Shown here piece by piece: positions 63,567 through 64,000 of a stretch of DNA of 64,000 nucleotides (its first letter is position 1; the number at the start of each line of letters is the position of its first letter). Origin of the DNA: an uncultured delta proteobacterium (GTDB lineage: Bacteria; Myxococcota_A; Polyangia; Fen-1088); contig CAWCMR010000013.1 of the NCBI GenBank assembly GCA_963796685.1, positions 64,001 through 128,000 on the forward strand, read 5' to 3'. The notes under the pieces were generated by a model. It did not search any database. It saw only the letters and a list, made by a program, of their open reading frames with translations, and had not been told where the DNA came from. Made by a program: the position numbers and the translations under genes.

Positions 63567-64000
63567 GTGAATCCGCACCGAGAAGATGGCGAGCATCCCT
63601 TGCGCGGCGACGCGCAAGGGTCGACGTGGCCGGAGGTGGCCGCGCACTTCTCGTGCGACAAGGACGGCGTCGTCCGCTCTTGGAGCCCGGCCGCCGAACG
63701 GGTGCTGGGGGTTGCCACCGCAGAAGCCGTGGGCACGCCCCTGGCTCGGCTCTTTCCCGGCGACGGGCCGGATTGGGCGCCAGGCGCCTCGGATGCTGCG
63801 AGCGCGTTCGCCCCTGTGGAAACGTGGATCTCGCGCGATGGCGCGGGAGTGGCCAGGGCGCTTCTTCATACCTGCTTGGCTTTGCCGTGCCAAGGCGGAG
63901 AGCGGCTGTTCTTGCACCTGGCGTGGCCCGCGGCAGGACCCGTGGCCGGGTCGGCGACCAAGATGGCCACGGGCTATGAACCCGCCGCTGCCATTGCCAC
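63567..64000 (+). CDS. PAS-domain sensor protein, partial (runs off window)
   Basis: Hand translation from GTG: DKDGVVRSWSPAAERVLG...EAVGTP...LFP; open to window end; TGcTATTCT upstream. Confidence 0.7.
   Translation, partial: MNPHREDGEHPLRGDAQGSTWPEVAAHFSCDKDGVVRSWSPAAERVLGVATAEAVGTPLARLFPGDGPDWAPGASDAASAFAPVETWISRDGAGVARALLHTCLALPCQGGERLFLHLAWPAAGPVAGSATKMATGYEPAAAIA

Overview
GC-rich bacterial DNA whose gene style suggests Myxococcota/Deltaproteobacteria (inference). It divides into five blocks. (1) 1-17 kb: a TCA-cycle supercluster (icd, Rrf2-gltA-sucCD, ferredoxin-fused korA-korB-korC plus a GNAT, sdhCAB), with toxin-antitoxin remnants and MarR-wrbA. (2) 17-33 kb: an accessory island built around one giant signal-peptide-bearing SpvB/FG-GAP/RHS polymorphic toxin gene (3576 aa when reconstructed). 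It is split by an intact ISL3 element with an 8-bp target duplication and followed by an immunity gene and an 880-bp orphan copy of the RHS core. (3) 33-46 kb: TetR-controlled RND efflux operon, guaBA and exported proteins. (4) 46-53 kb: an AmmeMemoRadiSam locus whose Memo-AMMECR1 fusion, DUF362 protein and radical SAM enzyme all carry export signals, next to a membrane SAM-binding protein lacking spermidine-synthase catalytic residues. (5) 53-64 kb: orphan AbiEi-like gene, metalloprotease/beta-barrel pair, divergent HisG, ECF sigma/FecR/VWA module, HemY-like oxidase and a partial PAS protein. The best candidates for undescribed biology are the apparently extracytoplasmic radical-SAM system and the TcA-less RHS toxin with six hairpin-bearing FG-GAP repeats. 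Two single-base insertions (sucD, VWA gene) may be sequencing errors. No tRNA, rRNA or CRISPR array was seen. All calls come from reading motifs by eye; no searches were run.
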